A stretch of DNA of 64,000 bases from Ignavibacteriota bacterium (GTDB lineage: Bacteria; Bacteroidota; Ignavibacteria; UBA10030; UBA6906): positions 1,568,001 to 1,632,000 of the forward strand of contig CAWDEM010000008.1 in assembly GCA_963801355.1 (NCBI GenBank). Reading direction: 5' to 3'. Below the pieces are notes generated by a model. That model was not told where the DNA came from, did not search any database, and saw only the letters and a program-made list of their open reading frames with translations. Below, piece by piece: positions 27,111 through 36,251 of this stretch; the first letter of the stretch is position 1, and each line of letters opens with the position of its first letter. The position numbers and the translations under genes are program-made.

Positions 27111-29290
27111 GATTCCCGTTGTGAGAGTACCTGTTTGACACTGACCTTCCATTGAGAAGCCATCTGTCCACTTGCTCCGAGCCGTAGGTTCCAGAATGGC
27201 AGGAAAACCGTTCCCTGATAGAGTCTCTCAAAGCCTGATTCGGACAATGAAACGGTTTCAAGGGGAAAACGCCAGAGGGTTGCCGGTTGACTCAGCTCCC
27301 AATATGAAGCGACGCGCATCCATTCGTCGGTGGCTCTGAAATTGAGCACGTCGCTCTCCTCTCCCTGACTGCGCAGCCTCCTGTCGGCCAGGGGCCTAAA
27401 CGATTGTGGATTATGGATTGTCGATCCACTATCCACAATTGGTATGCCTCCGACCTCAAGGTATCGGTCTGCAGCATCTCCGGCCATCCCGCCAAGTGCG
27501 AATTCGATACCGAAACGACATTCGATGGGGGTGTCTTCGAGGTTCGATACTTCGTAATGTGCCGTGAAACCAGCCTCTCCCTCCAGGATCACGATTTTCT
27601 TGGTGACCAGAAGCCGGTGCGGAACCCCGTCCTTCCACAGAGCACCTTGCCTGGAAAGCTCGATCTCCACGTGCTCCCGGTCCTTCGTTATCGTGCTCCC
27701 GTACGGCTGGTTGACGAAATCACCTATCTCGCGATGCCGGCAGGCTGCAAACGCAGCGAGATCGGCGGTCTCGTCGAAGAAGTGATCCAGCAACGAGGCA
27801 TGACGGTACCAGTCGAAGAATATATGCTTGTGAAGATCTTTTTCCTTGGCGAGCAGTTCATCCCACCCCTCTCCGGCGTTTTCTTCCTTCATGGCTTCCA
27901 GAAGCCTGCGGTGCGAGTATTCCTCCCGGCGGCTGAGTATGTCAAGAAGGTTGACCGCTCCAGGCCTGAAGCTCAATTCCACCAAACACCCGCCCGAATC
28001 CGGCTTGAAGCAAAGATCGTTAAGTGTCGATTCAACAACAAGTTCATTACTTCCATCACAATCAAAATCATAACTCTCACAAGTCACGGATCTGCTCTTG
28101 CGTGTCCGTTCGATGGCCGTTTCGGCTTTGAGAAGACTCCGGTAAACAGGAAACCGGAGGTTGGGGAGGTACAAGCCGCCGAAGAGACCGTGCCAGTACG
28201 GGTCGTTACATTGTCCGGCCCAGATGTCATCCAGGATCACAGGCGGCGTGCTCCCGAGGGCGAAAGCCTTCCTCATCTTTTCCGAAATCCGGAGCATCTT
28301 CTTGTGCATGTGATTCGACTCAGGGTACTTCGCAAAGAAGTTCCTCCAGTAACCTCCCCTGACGAACATGGCGTTGGTTTCGTAGGTCCCCTGCTCTTTC
28401 AGACTCTTCTCAAACGCATCCAGCCGGAGCGCCACAGAGGGGCTGAGTACCCATTTTGTCATTTCGGCGTACGTTCCGGTGGGCAGGTAGATCCTCCCGC
28501 GGGCGGGCTGGGTATCCAGAACTGTTCCGAAATGGGCTGTCTTTGCGAGCTCTTTATGAGTCTCGAGCATCGCACAGAAGCGCTCAAGCCAGCCGTCTTC
28601 GTACACGTGTTTGTATGTCTTTGGCCATACACCGAACTTCTCGCCGTCATCGGCATGCACCGTCACGCGCATGCCGTCGGGCGTGGCCGCCTGCCGCAGA
28701 TACTCGAGTGTATCGCTCACCAACCTGAAGGGAATGGCATAGCGGAGTGTCTTGTCTATCGGAAAGAGCTTGAGAGTCTCCCCCAGTTCCTCAGTGACAT
28801 AGTACCCGTACAGCTGATCGTCCAACAGCCCGGCATGGCGGAAATGCGTATCGTCAACCACCACAAACTCCACACCCGCGCGTGCCAGAGAGCCGGCGAG
28901 GTGCGGCTCCCAGACGCGCTCGGCGAGCCATGCGCCTCTCGGGGAATAGTCAAATACAGTCCGGATGAGCCGCGTGAGCTTGTGGATTTGTCCGATCCGG
29001 TCCGCCTCGGGAATGACAGCGAGAATCGGTTCATAGAAGCCCCCGCTCAGGAGTTCCAGCTGGCCGCGTTGCACCATCGATCGCATCAGCTCAATGCACT
29101 CCGGATGCTTCTTCACCAGCCATTCCAACAGGGTTCCCGTCCAGTGTTGCGTGAACGCGATGGCGGGATGGCGGTCCAGTACTTCAAGGAACGGCAGGTA
29201 GGAGCGGCGGTAGGCATCCTCCATCACCGATTCGAAATTGCCGCTCGGCTGGTGGTTGTGCACCGCAAACACGAGGGTCAGGGAGGTCAT
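27107..29290 (-). CDS. GH57 alpha-amylase / 4-alpha-glucanotransferase
   Basis: HNHQP, nucleophile WLAERVWE, acid/base DDGEKFGVWP, GQCNDPYWHG and ETVSLSESGFE motifs. Confidence 0.93.
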   Translation of the reverse strand: MTSLTLVFAVHNHQPSGNFESVMEDAYRRSYLPFLEVLDRHPAIAFTQHWTGTLLEWLVKKHPECIELMRSMVQRGQLELLSGGFYEPILAVIPEADRIGQIHKLTRLIRTVFDYSPRGAWLAERVWEPHLAGSLARAGVEFVVVDDTHFRHAGLLDDQLYGYYVTEELGETLKLFPIDKTLRYAIPFRLVSDTLEYLRQAATPDGMRVTVHADDGEKFGVWPKTYKHVYEDGWLERFCAMLETHKELAKTAHFGTVLDTQPARGRIYLPTGTYAEMTKWVLSPSVALRLDAFEKSLKEQGTYETNAMFVRGGYWRNFFAKYPESNHMHKKMLRISEKMRKAFALGSTPPVILDDIWAGQCNDPYWHGLFGGLYLPNLRFPVYRSLLKAETAIERTRKSRSVTCESYDFDCDGSNELVVESTLNDLCFKPDSGGCLVELSFRPGAVNLLDILSRREEYSHRRLLEAMKEENAGEGWDELLAKEKDLHKHIFFDWYRHASLLDHFFDETADLAAFAACRHREIGDFVNQPYGSTITKDREHVEIELSRQGALWKDGVPHRLLVTKKIVILEGEAGFTAHYEVSNLEDTPIECRFGIEFALGGMAGDAADRYLEVGGIPIVDSGSTIHNPQSFRPLADRRLRSQGEESDVLNFRATDEWMRVASYWELSQPATLWRFPLETVSLSESGFERLYQGTVFLPFWNLRLGASGQMASQWKVSVKQVLSQRES
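27401..27441. repeat. 41-bp 7-bp-periodic palindromic element inside the GH57 coding sequence
   Basis: CGATTGTGGATTATGGATT-GTC-GATCCACTATCCACAATTG, read on the minus strand as PIVDSGSTIHNPQS. Confidence 0.8.
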
Positions 29291-29355
29291 GGAGTCCTTG
29301 CGGCCGTAGGAGTTACGAATCTGTCATGAAGAGAGGAGAACCACAGAGACACGAT

Positions 29356-30867
29356 TCATCGTTCCGGTTTCATCTGTGGAAAGAAGATCACGTCACGAAT
29401 GGATTCCTGGCCGGTGAGCAGCATGGTGAGTCGGTCGATTCCGATGCCCAGACCGGCGGTGGGAGGCATCCCGTATTCCAGCGCGCGGAGGAAGTCTTCG
29501 TCGAGGGGCTGGATCTCCACTTCACCGCGGGCGCGGGCCTGCATCTGTTCCTCGAACCGTGCACGCTGATCCAGGGGGTCGTTGAGCTCGCTGAAGGCGT
29601 TGCAGAGTTCGTGGCCGTTGCAGATTGCCTCGAAGCGTTCCACAAGACCCGGCTCGGTCCGGTGGCGTTTGGCGAGCGGAGACATCTCCACGGGATAGTC
29701 GGTGATGAATGTGGGCTGGATCAGGTGGTGTTCCACCTTTTCGCTGAAGATCTCATCAATGATTTTCCCCGCCCCGTCAGCAGGAGCGACCTCCACATGC
29801 AGCCGCTTCGCCACGTCACGGAGTCCGGCGGCATCCATCCCCCGCAGGGAATAGCCGGTCTTCTCGTTGATCGCATCGAACATGGAAATCCGGCGCCACG
29901 GCGGCGTGAAATCGATCTGCTGCCCGCCGATTTCCACCAGCGGGGAACCGTTCAGCACCCGTGCAACACCTGCGATCATCTCCTCCACCATCCCCATCAT
30001 CCAGATGTAATCGCGGTAGGCGACGTACACCTCGAGCATGGTGAATTCGGGGTTGTGGGACTTGTCCATTCCTTCGTTGCGGAAGTCCTTCGCGATCTCG
30101 TACACTCCATCGAACCCGGCAACGATCAGTCTCTTCAGATACAATTCGTCGGCAATGCGCAGGAAGAGGTCGATGTCGAGGGTATTGTGGTGGGTGACGA
30201 AGGGACGGGCGAACGCCCCGCCGTATTGCGGCTGCAGGATGGGCGTTTCCACCTCCAGGAAGCCCTTGCCGTCGAGATACGTCCTGAGCGCCGATATAAT
30301 CCGTGCCCGGCTGACGAACACATTCCGCACGGCCGGGTTGACCATGAGGTCCACATAGCGCTGACGGTACCGCAGCTCCTTGTCGGAGAAGGGATCATAG
30401 ATGGTCTTGTTGCCCTGTTCGTCGATCTTTTCCTTGGCTACGGGAATGGGGCGCAGAGATTTTGTGAGCAGCTCCAGATGCTGGACATGGACGGACACTT
30501 CACCGGTTTTCGTCCGGAAGACAAACCCCCGCACGCCGATGATATCGCCGATATCCATGAGCTTGAACGCCTCATAGAGGTCCCCGAGGTCGTCGCGCTT
30601 GAGGTAGATCTGGATGCGTCCGCGCGAATCTTCAATGTGGCAGAACGAGGCTTTCCCCATTCTGCGCAGGGAAAGTATGCGCCCGGCGACGGAGACGGTG
30701 CGGACAGGTTGATCCTCGCGGTACTCCGCAATCACGTCGGCGGAATACGCCGTGCGCTCGAAGAAATAGGGATACGCGTTGATACCGCGGCGCTTGAGCT
30801 CATCCAGCTCTTCCCTGCGGCGCAGCATCAGCTCGTTCAGTTCCTGGTGTTCACCACGATCATCCAA
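29356..30867 (-). CDS. lysS: Lysine--tRNA ligase (class II)
   Basis: [39 protein letters not shown]...HNPEF and [16 protein letters not shown] motifs; TTG start with GGAG SD. Confidence 0.98.
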   Translation of the reverse strand: MDDRGEHQELNELMLRRREELDELKRRGINAYPYFFERTAYSADVIAEYREDQPVRTVSVAGRILSLRRMGKASFCHIEDSRGRIQIYLKRDDLGDLYEAFKLMDIGDIIGVRGFVFRTKTGEVSVHVQHLELLTKSLRPIPVAKEKIDEQGNKTIYDPFSDKELRYRQRYVDLMVNPAVRNVFVSRARIISALRTYLDGKGFLEVETPILQPQYGGAFARPFVTHHNTLDIDLFLRIADELYLKRLIVAGFDGVYEIAKDFRNEGMDKSHNPEFTMLEVYVAYRDYIWMMGMVEEMIAGVARVLNGSPLVEIGGQQIDFTPPWRRISMFDAINEKTGYSLRGMDAAGLRDVAKRLHVEVAPADGAGKIIDEIFSEKVEHHLIQPTFITDYPVEMSPLAKRHRTEPGLVERFEAICNGHELCNAFSELNDPLDQRARFEEQMQARARGEVEIQPLDEDFLRALEYGMPPTAGLGIGIDRLTMLLTGQESIRDVIFFPQMKPER

Positions 30868-30880
30868 AGGGCAGACTCCG

Positions 30881-30992
30881 GCAGATGATAATCCGAGCTA
30901 CTAGTGCAGATGATAATCCGAGCTACGAGTGCAGATGGTAGTCCGAGCTACGAGCGCAGATGGTAGTTCGAACTACGAGTGCAGATGATAAT
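30881..30992. repeat. 25-bp tandem repeat, about 4.5 copies, in the lysS leader
   Basis: Units start at 30881, 30906, 30931, 30956 and 30981 (partial); approximate consensus GCAGATGRTARTCCGAGCTACGAGT. Confidence 0.95.
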
Positions 30993-31004
30993 TCCAGTGA
31001 CGTT

Positions 31005-31033
31005 ATGATAGCCAGAAACACGTCGAGAAGCAA
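31005..31033 (-). promoter_or_regulatory. Sigma70-type promoter for lysS
   Basis: TTGCTT-N17-TATCAT on the minus strand, just upstream of the tandem array. Confidence 0.6.
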
Positions 31034-31071
31034 AAATACCCGTGCGCACAGAGGACACCGGGGATCTTCCG

Positions 31072-32157
31072 TTACCTCTTTATTCTCGCGCTTCCTCCCC
31101 CCATCACATGCTTAATTTCCTCCATCGTCACCATACTGGTGTCGCCCCGGGTGCTCTGAAGCAGTGCACCGTGTGCCGCCCCCATTTCCACGCATTCCTG
31201 GGGTTGCATGCCGTGGAGGAGTCCGTAGACGAAACCACTGCAGAACCCGTCGCCGCCGCCGACGCGGTCTTCGATCTCCAGGTGTTCATAGCGGCGGGAT
31301 TCGTAGAACTCTCCGTCGTAATACATGATCGCAGACCAGTTGTTCACCAGGCCGCTCACGACCTCACGCAGGGTTGTTCCCACGGCGCGCACATGTGGAT
31401 GCGCCGCCACCACCCGCTCGACCATTTTTTTGTACCCCTCAATCGGAAGCTTCTTCAAATGCTCATCGGTCCCTTCAACAGTGAACCCGAGGACCTTCTG
31501 GAAGTCTTCTTCGTTGCCGATGAGCACATCAATGTAGGGAACCAGCGTCTTCGTGACTTCGATGGCTTTCTTGCTGGTCCAGAGCTTGCTGCGGAAGTTC
31601 AGATCGTAGCTCACAATCGTCCCGGCATCATGGGCCGCTTTCATGGATTCCAGGGCGACGTCCGCGCAGGTGTCGCTCAGCGCGGTGAATATGCCGCCGG
31701 TATGAAACCAGCGCACGCCGCGTGCGCCGAAGATGCGCTGCCAGTCCACGTCGCCGGGTTTCATGTGTGCAACGGCGGTATGACCGCGGTCGTACATGGT
31801 CACGCTTGCGCGCACACCCACGCCCACCTCGGTGAAATTCAAGCCAATCCGGTCGGCGCGGCCCACACCATCGTACGGCACCCAGACCACCTCGCTGACA
31901 TCCATGCCGCTTGTGCGTGCATGATTCTTGATAAACTGGCCGAGCGGATTATCCACGAGGCGCGAGATCCAGCCTGTTCTCATGCCATACCGCGACAGCG
32001 CATACGCGACATTGTATTCGCCTCCTCCCGCATAAATCTCCAGCACGGGTGACAGCTCGATGCGTTGATGCCCCGGCGGACTGAGGCGAATCATGCATTC
32101 GCCGAGTGCGAGCAGATCGAAGTGGGTGTTCTCTGCGGGTTTAAGCGTTATGCCCAT
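31072..32157 (-). CDS. kdgK: 2-keto-3-deoxygluconate kinase (PfkB family)
   Basis: GGGEYNVA, SYDLNFRSKLW, GNEED and DRVGGGDGF motifs; GGAG SD before ATG 32157; uronate locus context. Confidence 0.88.
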   Translation of the reverse strand: MGITLKPAENTHFDLLALGECMIRLSPPGHQRIELSPVLEIYAGGGEYNVAYALSRYGMRTGWISRLVDNPLGQFIKNHARTSGMDVSEVVWVPYDGVGRADRIGLNFTEVGVGVRASVTMYDRGHTAVAHMKPGDVDWQRIFGARGVRWFHTGGIFTALSDTCADVALESMKAAHDAGTIVSYDLNFRSKLWTSKKAIEVTKTLVPYIDVLIGNEEDFQKVLGFTVEGTDEHLKKLPIEGYKKMVERVVAAHPHVRAVGTTLREVVSGLVNNWSAIMYYDGEFYESRRYEHLEIEDRVGGGDGFCSGFVYGLLHGMQPQECVEMGAAHGALLQSTRGDTSMVTMEEIKHVMGGGSARIKR

Positions 32158-32188
32158 CGTGTTCTCCGGAGAAATAGTATTTGTATTC

Positions 32189-32244
32189 GGCACGGGGCAC
32201 CGGGCACGGGGCACCGGGTATGGGGCGCCAGGCTCGAGGTTGCC
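32189..32244. repeat. Eight degenerate tandem heptamers (GGnnnnn) between kduI and kdgK
   Basis: GGCACGG GGCACCG GGCACGG GGCACCG GGTATGG GGCGCCA GGCTCGA GGTTGCC. Confidence 0.8.
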
Positions 32245-32252
32245 ACGTGTCA

Positions 32253-33086
32253 TCAGCCCAGTTGGTCCACTTTCACGCCGTCCATGTCTTCAAACACCTG
32301 GTTTTCGCCGCCCATAGCCCAGATGAAGGTGTAGGCACAGGTCCCGACGCCGGCATGGATGGACCAGCTGGGATTCAGAATCGCCTGTTCGTTCCGCATC
32401 ACCATGTGCCGGGTATCCCCGGGCTCTCCCATCATGTGAAACACCACGGCCGCGGGCGGGATATTGAAATACATATAGACCTCGGAGCGGCGCTGGTGGG
32501 TGTGGGGCGGCATGGTGTTCCAGACGCTCCCCTCTTCCAGCTCCGTCAGTCCCATCACCAGCTGGCAACTTTTTGCGCCCCGGGGATGGAAATACTTGTA
32601 GATCGTTCTGCGGTTCGCATCCGCCTGTGATCCGAGTGGCCCGTGTTCTGTTTCGCCGAGGCGCACATGCGTGGTCGGGTACACTGCATGCGCCGGATAG
32701 CTCACGAAGTAATAGCGCGCCGGATGGGCGGGATCGTTGCTCTTGAACACCACCTCTTTGGCACCGCGGCCGATATAGAGGCCGTCGCGATGAACCATCG
32801 GAATATCCTTCCCGTCGACCACGATCGTGCCGTTCTGGCCGATATTGATGATGCCGATTTCGCGCCGTTCGGCAAAATAGTCGGCCGCCATCTCCTTCTT
32901 GCTTGCTTTGAGTTCCAGCGCCCCGGCCACGGGGACGGCCGAGCCGGTGATGGAACGGTCGATGTCGGAATACACCATCGGCACATCATCCGGCACGAAC
33001 AGAGAAGTGATGAGAAAGGATTCGCGTAGCTGCGCTGTGGTCATGCCGCGGAAACCGCGGGGATCCGTTGACGAACGTACATCCAT
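32253..33086 (-). CDS. kduI: 5-dehydro-4-deoxy-D-glucuronate isomerase
   Basis: RREIGIINIG, SCQLVMGLT, WNTMPPHTHQRRSEVY, PSWSIH and FIWAMGGENQ motifs. Confidence 0.96.
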   Translation of the reverse strand: MDVRSSTDPRGFRGMTTAQLRESFLITSLFVPDDVPMVYSDIDRSITGSAVPVAGALELKASKKEMAADYFAERREIGIINIGQNGTIVVDGKDIPMVHRDGLYIGRGAKEVVFKSNDPAHPARYYFVSYPAHAVYPTTHVRLGETEHGPLGSQADANRRTIYKYFHPRGAKSCQLVMGLTELEEGSVWNTMPPHTHQRRSEVYMYFNIPPAAVVFHMMGEPGDTRHMVMRNEQAILNPSWSIHAGVGTCAYTFIWAMGGENQVFEDMDGVKVDQLG

Positions 33087-33140
33087 GATAGGTGTTCCTC
33101 CTGTATGATCGAGTAATCGTCTGAACAGAAAACGAACCTG

Positions 33141-34310
33141 CTACTCCGTTACCACGGTTTCCACCTTTACCGGCTCGCGCATGCGAAGCGACCAGTGTGC
33201 GAGCAGCGCTTTCCAGTCTTCGACTGAATTGAAGTCCCCGCTGCGTGTCCAGCCTGCCCCGGCAAAGTATTTCACGGGTACGCCCTGCCGCACCTGTGCG
33301 GTGAGCAGGTATTGATCCTTTTCTTCAGTCATGCCCAGAAAGCCTTCCCTGGAAAGCACGACACCGGTTCCGAGCTCCCCGTTCACGGGATCGTCGTTCA
33401 CCGCGCCCCAGAGTGCGAGCCAGCACGCCGCACTGTCATACGCTACTGATGTATTTTTCCTCTTCACGAGACCGGCGACAAACCGCAAGGAGTCGTCATT
33501 CCCGATGCCGGTGAAGACAGTTCTGATAGTGTTCAGATTATGACCGGCGTCCACGGAGTACGTCTTCACTTCTTTGTAAGGTGTGCCGTTGATCATCCCC
33601 TTTTCGTAGGTGACCGTAAACATTGCCCGCACGGGTCCGGTTGCCAGGATCTGCTGGCTCGTAAAGACGCCCGGTTGATGCAGCGTCCGGCCCCGGGCAA
33701 TGGTGGAACCGCCGGCACCCAGCGTCCGGCCCACGCTGAAGAAATCAGCTCCTTCGCCGTGGTCTTCATGGTACGTGTCTTTCTTGCTCTCGGCGCTGGC
33801 CTTGTACCATTTGTCCACGATGAGTGAACGCACCCGTTTCACCCAGACATCCACACCGTTGTCGACGTCCGCTGCAAGCGCCGGACCGTAAATTCTAAAC
33901 GCGATTCTGTCGCTTTCCCATGCGACATCTTCTCTCGGGAGCTCAAAGCGGGCATCGACGAGCGAAGGAAACTCCTGCCGTCCTGCCACCGGGCGGATGT
34001 GCAATACCCTCCGGGCGTGTGGCCGGAGGTCCACCTGAAACAGGAGCACGTCGGGAACACCATTGCCGTCACTGTCCAGGAGCTGGCTGGGAAGCTGTTC
34101 CTTCTGATGGAAGACCGCAACGTTCGACGGTGTGAGCCGGGGAAGCTGCGTGACCAGTTGCTGCCAGGGAAGTTCGATGGTTTCCGACCGGCGTTCGCAT
34201 GCCGACGGATTTGTCACGGTGACGCGGAGCGCGGGGGCGCCGCTGGCACTGCATTGCAGCAGGATGACGAATATACCGGACCACCACTTCAGAGTGTGCC
34301 GCATGTTCAC
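33141..34310 (-). CDS. DUF4861 family exported protein
   Basis: Signal peptide; DVAWESDRIAFRIYG, DVWVKR, YHEDHGEGADFFSVGRTLGAGG and YFAGAGW. Confidence 0.85.
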   Translation of the reverse strand: MNMRHTLKWWSGIFVILLQCSASGAPALRVTVTNPSACERRSETIELPWQQLVTQLPRLTPSNVAVFHQKEQLPSQLLDSDGNGVPDVLLFQVDLRPHARRVLHIRPVAGRQEFPSLVDARFELPREDVAWESDRIAFRIYGPALAADVDNGVDVWVKRVRSLIVDKWYKASAESKKDTYHEDHGEGADFFSVGRTLGAGGSTIARGRTLHQPGVFTSQQILATGPVRAMFTVTYEKGMINGTPYKEVKTYSVDAGHNLNTIRTVFTGIGNDDSLRFVAGLVKRKNTSVAYDSAACWLALWGAVNDDPVNGELGTGVVLSREGFLGMTEEKDQYLLTAQVRQGVPVKYFAGAGWTRSGDFNSVEDWKALLAHWSLRMREPVKVETVVTE

Positions 34311-34379
34311 CTCATGAAATCCCAGAAATCGTTGTGTGCGGGCAACCCCGCATTTCTTCCTTCCCCTCTGTGACGCCTC

Positions 34380-36146
34380 TCACTTGACACGAAGAATTTT
34401 CCGGGACGTCACACTCCCGTCGGTGGCGAGCCGCGAGACATACATCCCGCTCGAGAGGCTTGAACCATCGAAGAAGACGGCATAGGAGCCTGCCGATTTC
34501 TCCTCGTTCACCAGCGTCTCTACCTCCCGGCCGAGCAGGTCGTACACGCAGAGCCGCACCCACATATTACCTATTGCCTCGTGCCCACTGCCTTTTCCCG
34601 GTACTGTATACCCTATGATCGTCCCCGGGTTGAACGGATTCGGATACGCCGTCAGGAGTGGCCGTTGACCGGCCGCCGGCGCGTGCTGGTCTCCGCGGAT
34701 ACCGGTCGTGCCGCTTTGCGGGCCGACATCATCCGCGGTCAGGGGAGCGAACAGGACCGGGTCGGTGCTTGCTTCGTCGGCCCCGACATCGCGCAGGGAA
34801 TCGCGCTTCTGCCCGTCGATATCCCCCGTTACCCACGGGTATGACCCCGCGGCGGCGTCGATAATCGGACTGCCGAGAAGGGGGCGGCGCAGGCCGTCGG
34901 GTGCCGCCGAGCCAAGCGAGGGGTTCGTCACGGTGATCCCCGGCCCGCCGGAGATGCCGAGCGTCGCACCGAATGCAATATTGCCCTCCCATGTGATGTT
35001 GACGGGTACATCGGTGTAGCGCACAAGAGGTCCGGCGGAACTCACGATGAGATTGTTTGCCAGCACACAATCGACCGGAGGGAGGATGTTGTCCGAGTCC
35101 TTGCCTGCACCGATATCCATGCTGGACGTATTGTCTGCCAGTGTATTAAATGCAATCGTGGCGCGTTTCACCTGATAATAACCGTTCAGGGGAGAATTCT
35201 GAATGCCATCCATCACAGAGATTGCAGCCCGGAGCCCCGTCCCTTTCGTGCCGCTTACGTAGTTGTTGACGATGGTGTGGTCTTCGCCGATGACGCGGAT
35301 GCCGCCCGTATTGGCAATCCCGTTGCCGAAGAAGAAATTTCCTTCGACCCGGCACCGGTTGCCGTGCCGCAGGGTCAATGTCCCCACACAGCTGCGGAAT
35401 GTGTTGTTGCGATAGATATTGCCGCACGACTTGTTCGAGATGATTTCGATCTCGCCGTTGCATTCTTCAAACAGGTTCTGCTCTACGATGGCGAAAGAAT
35501 CGTACATCGACCAGTCGGACGTGCCGATGCGGATGGTTTCCCCGCCGTTGACACCCAGATCAGGCCGCCGCCCGAAGGAGTTGTGGTCGATGCGATGGTA
35601 ATTCGGAACGGCGGAGAGCCAGACGACCAGCGTTGCCCCTGCGTTGTTCTTGCCTTTCAGCAGGCAGTGATCCACCCGGTTGTCATGTCCGTACAATGAA
35701 ACCCATTTGTATTCCGTCGTCGTGCTGTCGGGGTTGAAGTCGAGAATCGTGGTATTTGTCAGACGGCAGTGATGGCTTTCGACGGAAGGCGATCCTCCCC
35801 GGAAATCAACCACACCCCCTGACGGGCAATAGCCCCGGGTGAAGGTCAAACCGTCGACGACAAGATAACTGCCGGCGATCTGGAGATTGGACGCACCGGT
35901 GATGGTGACGCTGTTTGCCGATGGTGCGCGCAACAGAATCGGTCCATCTGCCGATCCGTTTCCCTGGAACAGGATGCGGACATTGTTCCAGATACCCGCC
36001 GACATCGTCAGCGTGTCTCCCGCCCGGGCGGAGAGCATGGCTGCGGAGATCTCTGCCGGAGAAGAGACGGGATAATCCTTTGCAGCGCAGGCCGGCACAA
36101 CGGCGAGAACGCACAGGATGGCGAAACAGGAACGGCGCATGGTCAT
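34380..36146 (-). CDS. Polysaccharide lyase family 6 (alginate lyase / chondroitinase B type) with T9SS C-terminal domain
   Basis: NGGETIRIGTS, CNGEIEIISNKS and LTLRHG beta-helix motifs; C-terminal YPNPFNP...VYDLLGREV...SSGMY CTD. Confidence 0.92.
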   Translation of the reverse strand: MTMRRSCFAILCVLAVVPACAAKDYPVSSPAEISAAMLSARAGDTLTMSAGIWNNVRILFQGNGSADGPILLRAPSANSVTITGASNLQIAGSYLVVDGLTFTRGYCPSGGVVDFRGGSPSVESHHCRLTNTTILDFNPDSTTTEYKWVSLYGHDNRVDHCLLKGKNNAGATLVVWLSAVPNYHRIDHNSFGRRPDLGVNGGETIRIGTSDWSMYDSFAIVEQNLFEECNGEIEIISNKSCGNIYRNNTFRSCVGTLTLRHGNRCRVEGNFFFGNGIANTGGIRVIGEDHTIVNNYVSGTKGTGLRAAISVMDGIQNSPLNGYYQVKRATIAFNTLADNTSSMDIGAGKDSDNILPPVDCVLANNLIVSSAGPLVRYTDVPVNITWEGNIAFGATLGISGGPGITVTNPSLGSAAPDGLRRPLLGSPIIDAAAGSYPWVTGDIDGQKRDSLRDVGADEASTDPVLFAPLTADDVGPQSGTTGIRGDQHAPAAGQRPLLTAYPNPFNPGTIIGYTVPGKGSGHEAIGNMWVRLCVYDLLGREVETLVNEEKSAGSYAVFFDGSSLSSGMYVSRLATDGSVTSRKILRVK

Positions 36147-36180
36147 ACTCACGGGCACCTCTTCATCGCACACGATGGAA

Positions 36181-36218
36181 CGGAGACGCCGATTCCCGCG
36201 CCGGGAGCGGCGTCTCCG
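36181..36218. other. Strong intergenic GC-rich hairpin (possible terminator or mRNA stabiliser)
   Basis: CGGAGACGCCG (36181-36191) pairs perfectly with CGGCGTCTCCG (36208-36218), with further internal pairing; no U-tract. Confidence 0.6.
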
Positions 36219-36251
36219 TGTTCCGCAATTGAACAACCGGATCGAGAACAG

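Noticed and set aside
30881-30992. Possible CRISPR array
   Set aside because: The units are contiguous with no unique spacers, and there are no cas genes in the window.
29339-34380. CACAGAG motifs just after stop codons (29342, 31047, and the reverse complement at 34366) resembling nonamer-repeat remnants
   Set aside because: They are single short copies and cannot be distinguished from chance.
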